DNA from: Adineta vaga
Lineage: Eukaryota > Animalia > Rotifera
DNA length: 64,000 bases
NCBI GenBank assembly: GCA_021613535.1
Contig: CP075492.1
Span: 6,324,001 to 6,388,000 of the forward strand
Direction of reading: 5' to 3'
In this document: positions 49,230-64,000 of the stretch, in pieces
Numbering within the stretch: position 1 is the first letter of the stretch
Layout of the letters: every line of letters starts with the position of its first letter
The notes under the pieces: generated by a model
The model's database searches: none
Told to the model about the DNA's origin: nothing
The model's input: only the letters and a program-made list of their open reading frames with translations
Program-made: the position numbers and the translations under genes

Positions 49230-52200
49230 CTATGGTAATGTATTAATAACATCTTGTATCCATTGTTCAGATAATTGAGGATAATTGAATGTATGAAATA
49301 ATGTTTCAAATGTTTGACTTGGCAAAAGATCTTGTTCAAAATGTTTTAAGATTTTTGTACATGCTTCCATGATGAAGGCATCATTACTACGAAGAAATTG
49401 GGCTAATTGTTGATTGTATGGTGTAGTTGATGTCATATCAAGACGCTAAAACAAAACGATAAATGAAATTGATTTCAAATCACAAGAGACAGTTTTATTT
49501 ACCGATTTTATCATATGAACAAAGAATGCATTGACAAGACCGAAAAAGACCAGAGATGTTTTATAAGTTGCAAATGATTTTAATGCTTTTGAAGCAACTC
49601 TAAAATGAAGAAAGAAATTTCATATAAAAAACAAACAATTTTGTTTTCATTAAAATGATTTACTTGGTTCGATCATTTGGTGAATTAACCGAACGTATAT
49701 GAGCTGTAAGAAGAAGTTTTTGAAGAAAGGCTAAACGATTCTTTTCCCAATCAGTTGGTTTCATTATAATTAATGCTAATGTTGTCATAAAAAATGAACC
49801 TTCAACATCAAATGCTTCGTTTATTGTCAATTCAGGACGATTAAGAAAGTTTTGTAATAATTTTTCTTCACGTTCAATTTGTCGACTTCTACAAAGATTT
49901 CAAAATAATCGATAATTCTATAAAAAATAAAAGTTTCTTTTAACATACGTCGTCAGAACATAAAGAACTGCATGCATTTCATAAGGAATCAAACGTATAT
50001 TTGATTCTCGTCCACCACCACCTGTATCTTCACTGAACGATTGAACATCAGCAAAACGGAACAGTAACAATTTTATATCATGAATTGATAACGTTGGTGA
50101 AGTTTCACGAACACCTGTTGCTTCAATAATATTTGTATCATATCTAAATTAATAAACTCAAAATCATCTGAGAATAGTCAAAGACAAGATTTCCTACTTA
50201 GCCAATGCTGTTGTAAATTGTGCTTCAGCAACATCAAGACCCCATAATGGTAATAATCCATTGCAACGTGTATTGGCATTCTGTAATAAAGCTGATTCCC
50301 ATTCATCTCTTGATCGTGCTTGTTTAATTGCTGATGTATGACATTCAATATGTATGATATTAAAATGTGTCACTGTTGAATATCCCGGTGTTTTTCGTGC
50401 TTTAGCTTCAAATGGTTCAATATCGACTTTTTTCGTATATGTATAGATCGCTAAAACTTTATTTGGAAAATATTTATAACCTTCACGACAAATGCAACAA
50501 ACATGACCGGTTTCATCATTTAAATCACTAGGTTTATCACCAGGTGACGGTAGTTTAGGTGGACTTTTACTTCGTATGATTTTTGGTAATTTTAATTCTC
50601 GCATTTTTCTATCACGTGCTTCTTGTGCTAAACGTTTCTTTTCTGTACGTGTTTGATTTCTAACATCATCGATTTTCTTTGCAACTTGTTCATTTTCAGT
50701 TAATGAATGTAGAAGATCTTCTGCTAAAACACCAACTTTACCAGCCGTTGTTAATAATTCAATTTTATGTAAAACTGGTATTAAATTTTGACTAATTTTC
50801 ATCTGAATATTTTCATGTCCATTTGATAGACCCGTTAATAAACGTAAAACATAAGATAAACTTGGTTTATTAAGAAATTCTTTCCAACTATCTTGATCTT
50901 GCATGCCTAGATATGTTTTAACTTGTGGTGCATTGATATTAATATAATTTATACATTGATCAATAATACCATTGGGTGCATTGACAACATCACGAAATTC
51001 TTTACCATAAATCGATTTTTTATCTAAATGTTTACAAATTTCACAGAAGCAATCTAAATGTAATTGACTATCATTATCATTGGAAGTTGTCGTTGATGTT
51101 ATCTGTTCGAGATCGAAACGATCAAATTCCAAATAAGATTTAAAATAATCAAGTAAAGTTTGCATTTTTTCTTTATTTCCAAAAGATAAATAGGGTAAAA
51201 GATGAATCAATGCTTCCATTAAAGTTGGATGACTTTTAACAAATGATAATTTAATATAGTTAAGTAACGAACGTAATTGTTCAATATCACCTAGAATAGA
51301 AGCAAAATTATGATTGTAGTTTATTTTTAGAGAAAACTTACCTTCACATGAAACAGAAAATTCATTGTATTTATCTTGTGATAATGTTGTACTTGCTTCA
51401 TGAAATAATTGATCCATGATAAAAAGTAATTTTTCTGTAAAAGATAAAAGTGCTTGATCACGGCCTTGTTCTTCGATTTCAGTTTTTAATAATAAATTCA
51501 ATTTATTTAACATCGATGATATTGCACGTAATTTTGGATCGATTAAACGTTGTCGATTGACTTTTAATTTAATTGCATATTCAAATAATTTCAATAGAAT
51601 TTGTAATAAAGCTTTACCCGATGACATATCACGAATAGAATCTAAACGTTTTAGCATTGTTTCTAAACCGGATTGTTCGCTAAGAACATTAGCTAAATGA
51701 TAGATATCTTCGGGATCATCTTCACCATTTTCTCCGGCAGTTTTCTTCGTATCAAATGATTCAATAATATCTTCAGTTGCATCACCTAATAAACCACGCA
51801 TACGATAGATAATATGCATAGGTTCTAGATCGTTCTGTGTACCATTCGCACCTGATTGACTACCTGGATCTCCTGTTGATGGTGTTGTTTGATGAGAATT
51901 TATAAATGGTAACCAAGCTTTTTTAAACACATCACGAACTGTTAAACCTAAATTGATAATTTTATTTGCGACGAGTAATTCCATACCATTATCATCTTCT
52001 AGCAAAGCAATCAATTCACAATCCGTACAAATCTTGTTCTTAATATCACGCATCAATGGACCCATAGCTGGATCTGCTGAACTATATGGATTACCCATCA
52101 TTCGACCTATACACATACAGAAAATATACAATTCATGTTTTTATGTTTTCCTCTTTGAAGAAAATGTTATCTTTACCTTGTAAGAAATCTTCTTGATTTG

Positions 52201-53815
52201 GATCTTTTTCAACAATAATAAAGAATTCTTTATTTCCTTGCATTGTTTCTTCTGGATAGATTAAATTACATAAACGTTCAAAGATAAATAATGGTGTTTG
52301 CATATCATCTAATTGAAATTTTTCAATTGTATCAATACAAATCATCATGAATTGTCGTGTTTCCTGTTCATTACCACGTGTCATTTGTTCTAATAATTCT
52401 AACATTTTATTTTGTGCTTCATCAATTAATTTTGTACGTTGTACAATTAATTTTTTCAATGTTAAATAACCATTTAGAACAATAGCAATTAGAATTGATT
52501 TATATTTTTGTTTTAATTCATCTTGTTGTAGAAATAGATTCAATAGTTCTGTTAAACATTTTATTGAATAACCAAATGTTAAATTTGAATTAGTTAAATT
52601 TCTTTCGTCTTGTTTATTTATTAAATCAATTTGATTTTCAATTAATGATGCTAATTGTTTGATTATATTCACTTGTTCATCATTACAAAGTGATAGTTTC
52701 AATTGATTATCATTCGATAGAAGATCTTTGATTAATTGTACATATTCATGAGAATATTTTGAAAGATTTTCATCACAAATGAGATGTAAATATTGAATTA
52801 GAATTTGTACGATGAAGAATTTTTGTTTCTCATTCGTACAAAGTGTTTGAATTAATTTGCATGTTAGATAACGAATAGTTGCGGATTGTGGACAGAAAAT
52901 GAGTTTTTCTAACCAAGAATTCATAATTTTTGATGAATTAATTGTTAGTTTTTCTTGTGAACTATTCCAATCATGATAGGTAATTTGTTTTGAAAGAAAT
53001 TTTTCCATATCGATTGCAATTAGTTTTGTATTGGTTGTATTTGTTGGTTTCGATAAATGTAATAACATGCGTAAACAAGGTAGAGTGATAATTTCGAGAA
53101 TTTGCGGTGTAGAAAGATGTAATGAATGAAGAAATAATTTAAATATACAACGTAATTTATTTTCCCAACATAGATCTTGATCATCTTGATTTGAACGTTG
53201 AATTAATGAATAAAGAACGAGAAGATCATAATTGATTAATGATGATGAAAGAAAGATCTTTTGTTGAAATATTAATTCAATCTTATTACATATTTTCGTT
53301 GTTATATAATCAGTTAATTGTGCATTATCACGTGTTAAATAACAGAATAATAATCGAACATCATGACGAATTTGTTGATTAGCATAACGAATATTATTTA
53401 ATAATAATTCATCGATTAATGACATATTACTTGTGATGGATTGTTTTAAACGATTGGATGATGTAGCAAAAGCACGTAGAAGAAGAATACAATGAGAAAT
53501 CGTTGATAATGTACAACCGTAACAATTATGTGAAGTTAATGGTGGCATAGCTGATGATCTTGTTGAATGAGAATGACGTTGATCATAGGTATAAAGTTCT
53601 TTACGTGCATAGATGATCTTTTGAATATATTTACCAAGTTCATCATAAGTTTGTCGACATTCAGTATTATATTTTGGAGCTATTTGTTGAACGATACGAT
53701 TGATACCATTAGGATTATTTGTTGAAGTTAATGTTACTGTTGGAGTTGGAACAACAGGAGGTGGCTGTTGTTGTTGTTGTTGTTGTTGTGTTTGATCGGT
53801 TGGATCACCGTTTGC

Positions 53816-53850
<35 letters not shown>

Positions 53851-56800
53851 GAACAATTGTTGTATTTGTAGATGAAGGTAATGAAGGAAGAACAGTTGAA
53901 CTTTGATCATCCGAAGTTAATTTAGTAAGTAAATATTCAAGAATAGGTTTTTGATTGATCAACTGTCGATAGATTTTATCGGTTTTTTCTAACAGTAGAC
54001 TAATATTTGCGATAGTTTTTGCACGATCTTCATCGGATTCAATTGGTTCAACATAATTCACTTGTTTTGCCGTAAAAAGAAAGTCAAATTTACAATATTT
54101 GCAATAACCACATGAATTACATAAAAATGGATCACGTTCATCATAATTAATTGATCGACATTTATGACATTGAAAAACATTTTCTCCACAATTCGGACAA
54201 ATTCCTGGTGTTGCCGCAACAGCTGAATTACATCGAGGACATTGTAATGTCGCTGTATCTGTTACTGTTGGTAAATTACCTGTTGGTGTTTCAAAAAAGT
54301 CGACATATTCTATCATGAGATTACACGCAATAATTGGTATAACAAAATCGATTTTAACTTCTGTTTGTTGAATATTTGTTAATTTAATTGTCTTAGCTAA
54401 TAACCATTTACAATTGACGCTATTTTTCAAATCAACAATCGATTGAACATGACGATTATTATAATAAAATCGTATTGTTCGAACTGCTTTATTACGTTTC
54501 ATTTCCGACATTCGTATATTTAATTTTTGTATTGAATAAGCTTGAATTAATTTGATTATATGCGATTGTGTTGTATAACGTTGATCAAGTTTGATCGTTT
54601 GTAATTTAACTTGTTGATATGGTATATCGGGATTATTACAAACTAAACATGGTTCACTTTCGAAATAATATCCATTTGTTTGTTCAATATCAATAAGTGT
54701 TGCTAAACGACGATAGATCAATGCATTCGGATGATTTAATAATAATTCATTTTCTGTTTTTAACATGGATTCTAATTTCGGAAGAAAATCATTCGTACGT
54801 TTATCTTCTTTATTTTTGATGATTATATATCCAAGAAGATCAATATATTGAAATGCTTTTGAACCATAATATGAGATGGATGACCAAAGATTAATAAGTA
54901 AATCAAAGATATTATCTTGTAATTGTTTATTTGAATTGATGTAGAGATTATGAAGAAATGTATGTGTTAACCATCGAATGGATTGTTGATTATTTTCTAA
55001 GAGAAAGAGACGAATGAAATCTTCTAATAATTGTGGAGAGATGATTTTGGAAAATTGTAAAGCAATTGAACAAATAGAAAGATCATCAACTGATTCGAAT
55101 TCATTTGGACGAACTGATTTACTTGATTTTAATGTTCGACTACTTGATGATGATGACGATTGAGAAGATGAGATAGAATTAATTAATAAATGAAGAATAA
55201 ATGGAACGAGTGAATCATCGACTAACATGATTAATTGAACAAGAAAATGTAAGATTGATGAATCATTTTTACAAAATTTTTGCCAATTTGTACAACGTTG
55301 AAGACTTATATCTTGACATGATTTTAAATAATCAACTAAACGCATTAATGTAACGTAAGGTATTTGTGTCGGTGTTGTTTTACGTTGTTCATTATTTGTA
55401 AAAGCAAAATTTTCTTCATAGATTTTCTTGATTTCACTTAAATTTGTTGATAGAACATGTAAATCACGTAATTTTCGATATTTTTCACGTGAACCACAAA
55501 TATACATAAGTAATTTACGAATTTGTCGTTTAAGAAATGATGCTTGTGGTAAAACATAATATTCACAAAGACATTTTTGCCAATCAGATGATAATAAAAA
55601 TGGACGTGATTCAGATGTACAATCGAAGACTTTTTTCATTTGATATGGTAATCTTGTTGCAATTTCTGCTAGTAATTCTGGATATGCTTCGAAAACATCA
55701 TTACCATGATGTTTAGTATATTGCTTATAAAAGAATGGTGATAGATCAGGTAATGTTTGTTGATTACCTAATTTCAGTAATGTCATTAATGATGTTGATG
55801 TTGTTTGTGAATTTGTTGTTGTTAATGTTGTACCACTTGGTGATGAAATGGCTTGTTCATGAAGTAAATTTTCATCAATTGGTTGTTTAAGTAAATGTAT
55901 GTAAACAGTTTTCAAAGCAAATAAACAATAATTAACAACATTGGATTCATCTAATTGTTTTGCTGCTGTTAAAGATAAATGTACGTATTGTTCTCGTTCA
56001 TTTAAACGTACTTTAAGCATAAATGAAACGTAAACAGTAAATAATCGTAATAACATTAATTGAATTTCATGTTGAGATGTTCGTTGAATAAGATCATCAT
56101 TTGTATCTTTTAAAAATGTCATTTGTCTTAATAAACTTTTGAAAATATAATGAACAAATTGTTGATTTTCTTCATCAGATTTCGAAGCAAATTCAATTGT
56201 TAATGTTAATAATAATTGTAAATAAGCAATAGAATTTAAACCTCTCAATGTAGAATTATGTAATAAATATTCATCGAGATTATCTAATAATTTTTCAACA
56301 ATTAAATGTTTTAAATCATATAAACGTTGTTCATAAACAGCAGAATCAATTGATTCATTGATATTTAATTTTAAGGTCGTATTCGAATCATTCGATGATG
56401 AAGATGGAGGTGGTGGTGGTGGTGATGGTAAAGATTGTTGAATTGGTGTTGATGTTGTTTTATTTTGTTCTGTACCATCATTTGTTGTTGAGCTTGATTC
56501 AGAAACATGACCATCATCACCTTCATATAAACTATTATTATCACTATTTGTCGATTGAAGATTATCGACGCCAACAGCATTGTTAATTAATGCCATCATT
56601 TGATGCATTTCAACATCATTTTGTAGCGAAGGATTTTCATCATCATTATCAACATAATCAATTGTTTGTTGAAGATTTGCTGTTGTTGTCGATGGATCAG
56701 AATTATCTGCCATACTTAATGCTAATGCAAATTGTAACATAGCAGATTCATCGGCCGTTGTTGGTGGAGGTGGTGGCGGCGGTGGAGGTAGTACTGCTGC

Positions 56801-59800
56801 TGCTGTTGTTGTTGTTGGTGTTGATGATGGAGTATCTATCCATCGTGGACGAGTTTGTTCATCTGTTGGATAGATTTGTGCTGATAATGGCATAGAATGA
56901 AAATGTTTATCAGTTGATTCTTGTTGATTTAAATCACTTGCCGTTGATAATTTGGAAATTAAACGTTGAATTTTTGGTTGCATACAACGATTTAATGCAT
57001 TTTTAATAATAAAATTGATTTGATAATCATGATAAGTTAATAAACGTATATAAGAATCAACAACAAGATTCATACATATTTGTGGGTCATTTAATGCTAA
57101 TGAATGATAGATATCCACAAGTATATGAAGAAGTTTTTTAATTTGTTTAAAATCAATAGAATTATTATCAACAGATTCAAGTAATGGATTTGTTGGACGT
57201 TGATTTAATATATGAAAGAAAATATTAATTAAATAAGGAATAAAAATTTCCATCGATGCAGATTTAGAGATAACATCATTCGATTGTGTTTGTTTGATAG
57301 TTAGAAAACGATTGATATTATGTGGACGATGACGTGTTATAGATAATAATGAAAGAAGAAGATATTCATATGTATTAATATCATAAAATAATTCTAAATA
57401 ATTTTCACATGAAAAACATTGAGAAAGAAGTGTTAATTGTAAACGATCGATATGTTCATAATAATCAACATCTGCTGATGATATTAAAGAAAAGAATTCT
57501 TTTAATAATTGCCGAGAATAACGTTGAATTTGTGATGGTAATGACATATGAAACATATGAGATGTATATTGAACAATATCTGAATTAAGTTTTGCACGAT
57601 TTTGTTCATCGAGAGTATGATCAAATGATAATGAACCCGTTAGAACTTGCATACTATAAACAAGTAATCTATCAGGTAAAGATAATGTAGCTAATTCTTT
57701 TTCATCATTCGTTTGTCGAAATGAATGTAAATATCCATTTGCTGATGCTGCCGTGGTCGTCGTCGTCGTTGTTGTTATTGTTGTTAAACCACCTGTATTC
57801 ATTTGTGAAGCTAATAATGATGCATCAACATCATCTGGCCATTGAAATTCTTCTTTTGTTTTACCATAAACTTTAACATCATCAATAACTGTTACATGAT
57901 TTGTATCAGGTGATTGGGCGATAAATATATTGAATTTCTTTTCCGCTTGTATCGATTCTTCACGTGTTAAACATAAATCATAGAAACGTGGTCCTTGAAG
58001 ACTATTCGTATGTACTGTTCGTCCGAATAATTCAAAATATTGTGGACATTTATCCATTGAATATGATCCAACATGGATACGGACACCTGTAATTACCATA
58101 TTATCCGAATCTTTATTGATAACTTCAAGTGTAAAACCACCGGTACGAACATTTGCAATGAATAATCCTGGTGTAGATAAACGTAATTTTAATTGAGCAA
58201 CATTATACACATCAAGTAAATCTCGTCCACCGAATTCATATTCTGTTAATGGATGACAAGATTCAAAGAAATCTACAGGAAATTTAATTGAATCATTGCC
58301 TAATGATTCATTTGTTTGATTAATAGAAAATATCGTTGGATTTATTGGTAATGATGTTGTTGTAGCTGATGTTGTTATTGTTTGTTTTCGACGTTTAACA
58401 ATTGGTTCTTGTTGTTCATCAGTTTCATTATCCGAAATAGGATATTGAGAATTGATATTTTCATAATCGAAATTTTCTTCATTTAAATCGAAATCAATCA
58501 TTGGATAAGATTTCTTTTTTTGATAGAATTTATCTAACCAATAATTCGTTTTATCCGATTCAGCTAATAAAATTTTCAAACTTCCATCATCTGCTAGAAG
58601 TATAAATGTTGTTCGTTGATCATATCTTAATGCTACAATATCTTGAATTTTTGTTGTTTTTATTTGCATTTTTATTTCACTTTGTCGTACAACAAATGGA
58701 GTTAGCATTAGAACAACAGGATTATTAGTCATCTGTGTCATTGTATAGATTAAACCAGGATGATGAGAAATTTCCGACCATGCACATAATGTATGATAAG
58801 TTGAAGTTGATTTATTCGCTCCATTAGTTGATGTTGTTGGTGTCATTTTAACATCGATAGAACGAATCATGAGAAGTTTTTCAATATTTATATTATCGAT
58901 AATACCATAGAAATTCTTTCCATGAGCATATGACCAAAATAATAATTTCAATGTTGAAGAATAATAAACTGATACACCACCACCTAATAAAATGCCATTA
59001 TTATTCGTTTCAGTTATACTTTCATGTTTTATATCAAGAGTATTCGTGACATAGAATGAACCATTACGTGCTGATGATGATTCAGTTAATTGTTCGTAGT
59101 AAATATAACCATTTGAAGCCATAATTAGAATATAACAACATTCGATCTTATTACGTTTTGTATAATAAAATGTACAATCACGTACTTTACCTAAATAGAA
59201 AGAAAAGAATTTTTTATGAATCTTCAACTCGTAATTAATTTCATTAGAAAACAGTTTTTTAGTATTATTACCTGTTGGTAAGATAAAATAATAGATTGGG
59301 CTGATGGTATCGACACTTAAATCATAGATTTTAATGAAATCAGCTGTTAATAAAGCTAATTGTGATTGATTTTTATCGGATAACCATTGTGTACGAATAA
59401 TATAATTTCCGGTTGAATCTAAATTTGGTTGAAGAATAATTGTTGGTTCTTTTAATTTTCCATTTATATCAATATTTAATATATGACAATCTTTTAAACC
59501 AGTAATACATAGATAATCACTATTCAATTGATTTGGTTGCATAGATAGAATTGTAAATGGAATATTGAATGTATTTAATTTATTTAAGGTAAATTTCTTC
59601 TTTGCTAAATTGTCATTGTTAACAGTATTAATCATTGTTGTTGTTTGTTTTAAAAGAGAATTCAATTGTAAAATAGTTATCATAGCTTGTTTACCTTTTT
59701 CTTGACTAACAATTAAATGTTGTTTAGTTTGATCGAGATTTATTGATGACATGATACACATGCCTTGTCGTCGAATTGAATTTGTACTAAGTAATTGTTT

Positions 59801-62800
59801 GATTTGTTGACCATGTTCATTTGTAAAAGTTAACTTTACATTTTCAAATGCATTTTCTTGTGAATGCAATATTCCAGTGAATAATTGTTGTTGTTTATTA
59901 TCTTCTGTATCAATAGATAATTGTTGATTAGATTTAAGAAATTCAGATGTTACATCAAATTTATTTTCGATATTATAAATCTGTTGATATTCATGATCGA
60001 TATATGGTTGTAATAATTGAAATAAACGAAGTGCATTCGAAGTAATATGATTAATTCGAATACATGAATGATATTCTTGTTGTTTGATATTAATTTGACG
60101 GATTAAACGACGTTGACGATTGGTTAATTTGGTTTTTTTCGTCGATGATGGAGTGATTTTTTTCATTTTCTTCTTTTTGAATAATGACGATGATGAGGAT
60201 GGTGTCATTGGTTGAGACATAGCTGTTACTGAACGTTTGGTTAATGCTTGACATGATCCATCTTCTTTAGCACCACAATCACAAAAGAATGAACCATATT
60301 TTGCATATGATATATCATGATCTTTATGACAAACATTTGCACATATTTGACAAATTCCAACACGTTCAATCATTTTACATGTATGACAATGATACCAATG
60401 TTGTGTCGCATAATCTTTTTTCGTTGTTGTATACGTACATAATTTAGTTGGATCATATTCGGTTTGATTTGTCGAAGAAAGATAAGATTTTCTTGAATCA
60501 AGAGAAAGTTCATCATCATCTTGAGAATCATCATCTTCATCATCGGACTCATCACTTTTCAATGGAGATTTTACGGTTGATGATGAATCAGTGGTCGATA
60601 AATGTTTTAATGCAGTTAATACATCATTGATATAAGCAAGAAGATAAACACTTGCTTCAAGAATATTCGAATGAAATAGAGAGAGATTTTCACTTGATGA
60701 AGAAACAAGAATGGACAAAAATGATGTTGTCGATCTAAATAAAACAAGAAGAATATTTCAATTCAATTTCTACAATAGTATTCTTACTCTTTATCCTCAA
60801 CTGTCAGTGTATCTGCACAAAATTCCAACCAAATAGCTGCAGCTTGAAAGAGATATGTATGTCCATTTCCTGAACCGTGTCCCGCTAAGATAACTAATAA
60901 TTGTATAATTTGTGGAAATCCTAATGCATATTTATTTGGTTTTAATAATTCATTTCCTAATTGTATTAAAACCGAGAGAATTGAAAGTGAAACTTCTTCT
61001 CCAATCAAATTAGTTCCATCATCATTTTTTCGAATTAAATATTTGGTAAAAGTTTCAAGAATATGTTTGCATTGTTCAGGTGTATATAATTGATTTTTTT
61101 CATCTGTTGGTGGAAGAACAAGTTTAGCCAACCATTGAGATAATTGTTCGTTATTTAAATCAGCGATACGATTTAAACTTTGAATAGATGATTGAAATTG
61201 ATGAGAATACGAAAAGATTTTATTAAATAACATTAACATTCGTGCAAAGATTGTAATCGATAGATTAGGTTTAGCCGTTAAATAAAGTAGATCATATAAT
61301 GTATGTGGTGTTAAACAATTTTGAAAGATATTTGGTTGAAATTGTTCATCAAGATATTTAATTAAATCATGATAGATATCTTCTGTAATGATTTCATTTG
61401 GATAATTTTTATTGAATAAAATTTCGAAAATATTCTTATAGATATATTCACACATATCGTTATTGATCGTTTCATTATTAAGATTTTTGAGTTTAATTTG
61501 ATCTTTAAGAAAATGTAGATTTGAATCAAGTTGAATTTGAATATATAATTGTTTGTTGTCAATTTCGGAATTAATTGATGATAGAATTTGAAGAATTTCA
61601 CGAAGAAATATATAACGAAGATCAGTTTGTTCAAGTGAAAAAATTAATTGAAATTTAAATAATTCTTCGAAATCAGTTGGAATCGTTGGAATTGTAATTG
61701 ATTTATTTTTTTCTTCAGTTGATTTTGTTATTGGAATGATCGATAAAGATTCATAGGATACATTCGTATTCAATGAAGATTTAAATTCATCAATAAAGAT
61801 TTGATAAAGTCGATTGATTTCTTCGGACGATGACGAAAGATTTTGTAATAAAATTTCATAGACAATTAAATCGAAGAGAGACAATGAATTTGAATTGATA
61901 TTTTTAAACCATTGAATATCTTTGAAAGTGATGTCTTTCGAAAGAAAATCCGTTATATGTTTATCATGTATAAGTTTTTTTTCGAGACGAAAAATATGTA
62001 ATAAATGTGTGGTTTTTGTATAAGTATTCATATTCTCAAGAAATTGAATTGATGGTGGAAGATAACCAAGAATACGCCATAAGAGATCATAGTATTGTTT
62101 TACTGATGTATTAGATAGACCTTCTAAAATCATATATATATATATACATTGAAATGTTTAAGAAGACATTAGATATTTCTTTACCTTTATTAATTTTTGT
62201 GAAATCTAATTGATCTATTAAATGTTCATAAAATTGATTATAAATGGAATTATTATACAATGTATTCAATGCAAATCCATCTAAATAATTTGAATTATTT
62301 TTTACGACAACTTGATTAAAATCTTTTGTCATTGTTGTATCATTTTTCGAGATGATGTGTTGAATATTTTCGATAATTTCTGCAGGTATTTCATAGAAAT
62401 TATACATGATATATTCGAATAGAATGAATAGATATGTTTTGTTTTCAGTTATTTGAATGATTTTCACGAGTTCGAGAAGAAGAGTTTTTCGTTGTGCAAT
62501 TGTTAATTGATGAAAAAAGATGAGAAAGATTTGTAAATGTTCTAATGTTAAATCTTCTGATGAATTGCTGATACTTTGAAGAAATTGATTCCATAGAGAA
62601 TAGATTAAATCATGATTTTTTCGTTTTAAAATGATTTTTAAAAGAATAATTAATGTATTACGTGAAAGTTTCAATGACCATGATTGTTCAAATGAAATGC
62701 CAAGTTTTTCTAGAAGAAGATTTTCATTTGAATGTGTTAATATATCATTTTGAAGAAGATTATGAATAAAACGTGGTAATATCAATGAATGTTGTATTAA

Positions 62801-64000
62801 AATTGTCAATTTTTCAATTTGTTCCGTGGTATTAAATGTCAATTTCAGATCATCGAGAAGAATCAATACAGACTCATTTAGATAATTTTTATCCAAATAA
62901 TTTATTAGATCGAAATGATCATCGGAATCATAGAATTCATCTGAACAAGTATCGACATCTAAACAACGATTTAATATCGTTCGTTTTCGATTACTTGTTG
63001 ATAATGAACGATGAATCGTCGGTTGAATTGTTGTTGTTGTATTGGTGAGAATTGGTTCAGTAAATAAATCTCTGATATAAAAATCTTCGTCAATCTCTTT
63101 TTCTGTTAGTGTAAGTTCAGATGGTAAAGGTGGTGCATCTGGAACAGTTGATGATGATTTGATTGGTAGAATAGGTGATGAAAGACGTCGAAGAATTGTA
63201 AGAAATAATTTCAATGTTTGATGTTCTTTTAAATATAAATATCGTTGAGATGATTGAAGTGAAGTTGTAAGTGTAAATTTCTCCGGAAGAGAATCTGGTA
63301 GTGAATTATTACCATCGGCATAGGAGAGATCTGAGATGATTTCTCGAGTTGAAAACATTAGAATTGCTACGAGATGAATGAGTAGATTATTGATTGATCT
63401 AATAATTGAGAAAGGAAGACAAAAAAAAATGAATAAGAAATGAATTTCGTATTTTACATACATCTTTGTTTGTTGCTGATTTTCATTAGGTTCATGAGCA
63501 GTCGTCAAATTGCGTAGGATCTGTTGAATTCCTTTTGTTAATATAATTGCTAATAAAAGATGATAATTAAGAAAAACATGTCGCGAATTTTCCAATCGTG
63601 GTGAATATCGTATAATATCACCGAGTTTAATACATATTCGTGCAATATCATGTAAAATCTGATCATTAGTTAGAATTTCATCCATATTTATAGTTAATTG
63701 TACATATTTTAATGCGATTATAAGAGAATTCAATGCCATATTAATAAATTTATTTAAACGATATTCATCAAGTGGTTCAATGATTGGAAGTTGAATAGCA
63801 CGACGAAGAAAATCCAAATCATTTTTCATTGTTATTAAACTATTTAGAAATGAAATATTTCGATATCTTTCTTTACCTTCCGAAATAGTTTACCTTTCTC
63901 GAAATTGAGTATTATTGTCAAATATTTGTGTATCTTTTTGAAGAATATCATTGAGTTGAAGTTTTACATCAGTTAATAATGGCATACGAAACAAAATTTC
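49230..64000 (-). CDS. UBR4: E3 ubiquitin ligase UBR4 (p600/poe), 5'-truncated at the window edge
   Basis: UBR box LCTYTTT...QHWYHCHTC...CHKDHDISYAKYGSFFCDCGA; YFESEPCLVCNNP; CPRC...CPNCGENVFQCHKCRSINYDERDPFLCNSCG; DPNQEDFLQGRMMGNPYSS; C-terminal CCICREGY...HFNIIHIECH. About 8.5 kb is a near-continuous exon block. Confidence 0.96.
53766..53850 (-). repeat. (ACA/CAA)n trinucleotide tracts encoding poly-Thr and poly-Gln inside UBR4
   Basis: tgttgttgt runs on the + strand. Confidence 0.8.

Noticed and set aside
1-64000. Prokaryotic systems (CRISPR, defence operons), bacterial contamination, rRNA/tRNA, hammerhead ribozymes
   Set aside because: No repeat-spacer arrays or RNA-gene signatures were seen. 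Most foreign-looking genes carry spliceosomal introns and host-like composition and are interleaved with metazoan genes.

Overview
AT-rich, gene-dense eukaryotic (animal) DNA with many short GT-AG introns of about 50-65 nt. Typical metazoan genes sit next to intron-bearing genes of bacterial or fungal type, which points to a bdelloid rotifer (inference, no database check). Metazoan-type genes: tetraspanin, ATPase inhibitor IF1, Elongin B, class A GPCR, aminopeptidase N, calmodulin-like protein, ADAMTS, classical cadherin, DAD1, SEC13, SLC35B4, ICA1 and a 5'-truncated UBR4. Foreign-looking genes: bacterial-type CorA, fungal-like histidine phosphatase, fungal-like FucP permease, DUF4139/4140 protein, PptH-like metallophosphoesterase and a fungal hydroxynaphthalene-reductase-like SDR. 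The most notable candidates are: (1) an operon-like SLC35B4-SEC13-DAD1 ER/secretory cluster with 73 and 177 bp spacers and apparently donor-less splice acceptors, behind a 130-bp bidirectional promoter with inverted CCAAT boxes and an XBP1/UPRE-like motif; (2) two islands of putative horizontally acquired genes, including a head-to-head PptH-like/naphthol-reductase-like pair; (3) a stand-alone 65-aa partial histone-fold ORF; (4) a shortened classical cadherin with a single LamG domain. No rRNA, tRNA, CRISPR array or intact transposon was recognised. Exon boundaries were read by eye, and family calls rest on recalled motifs.
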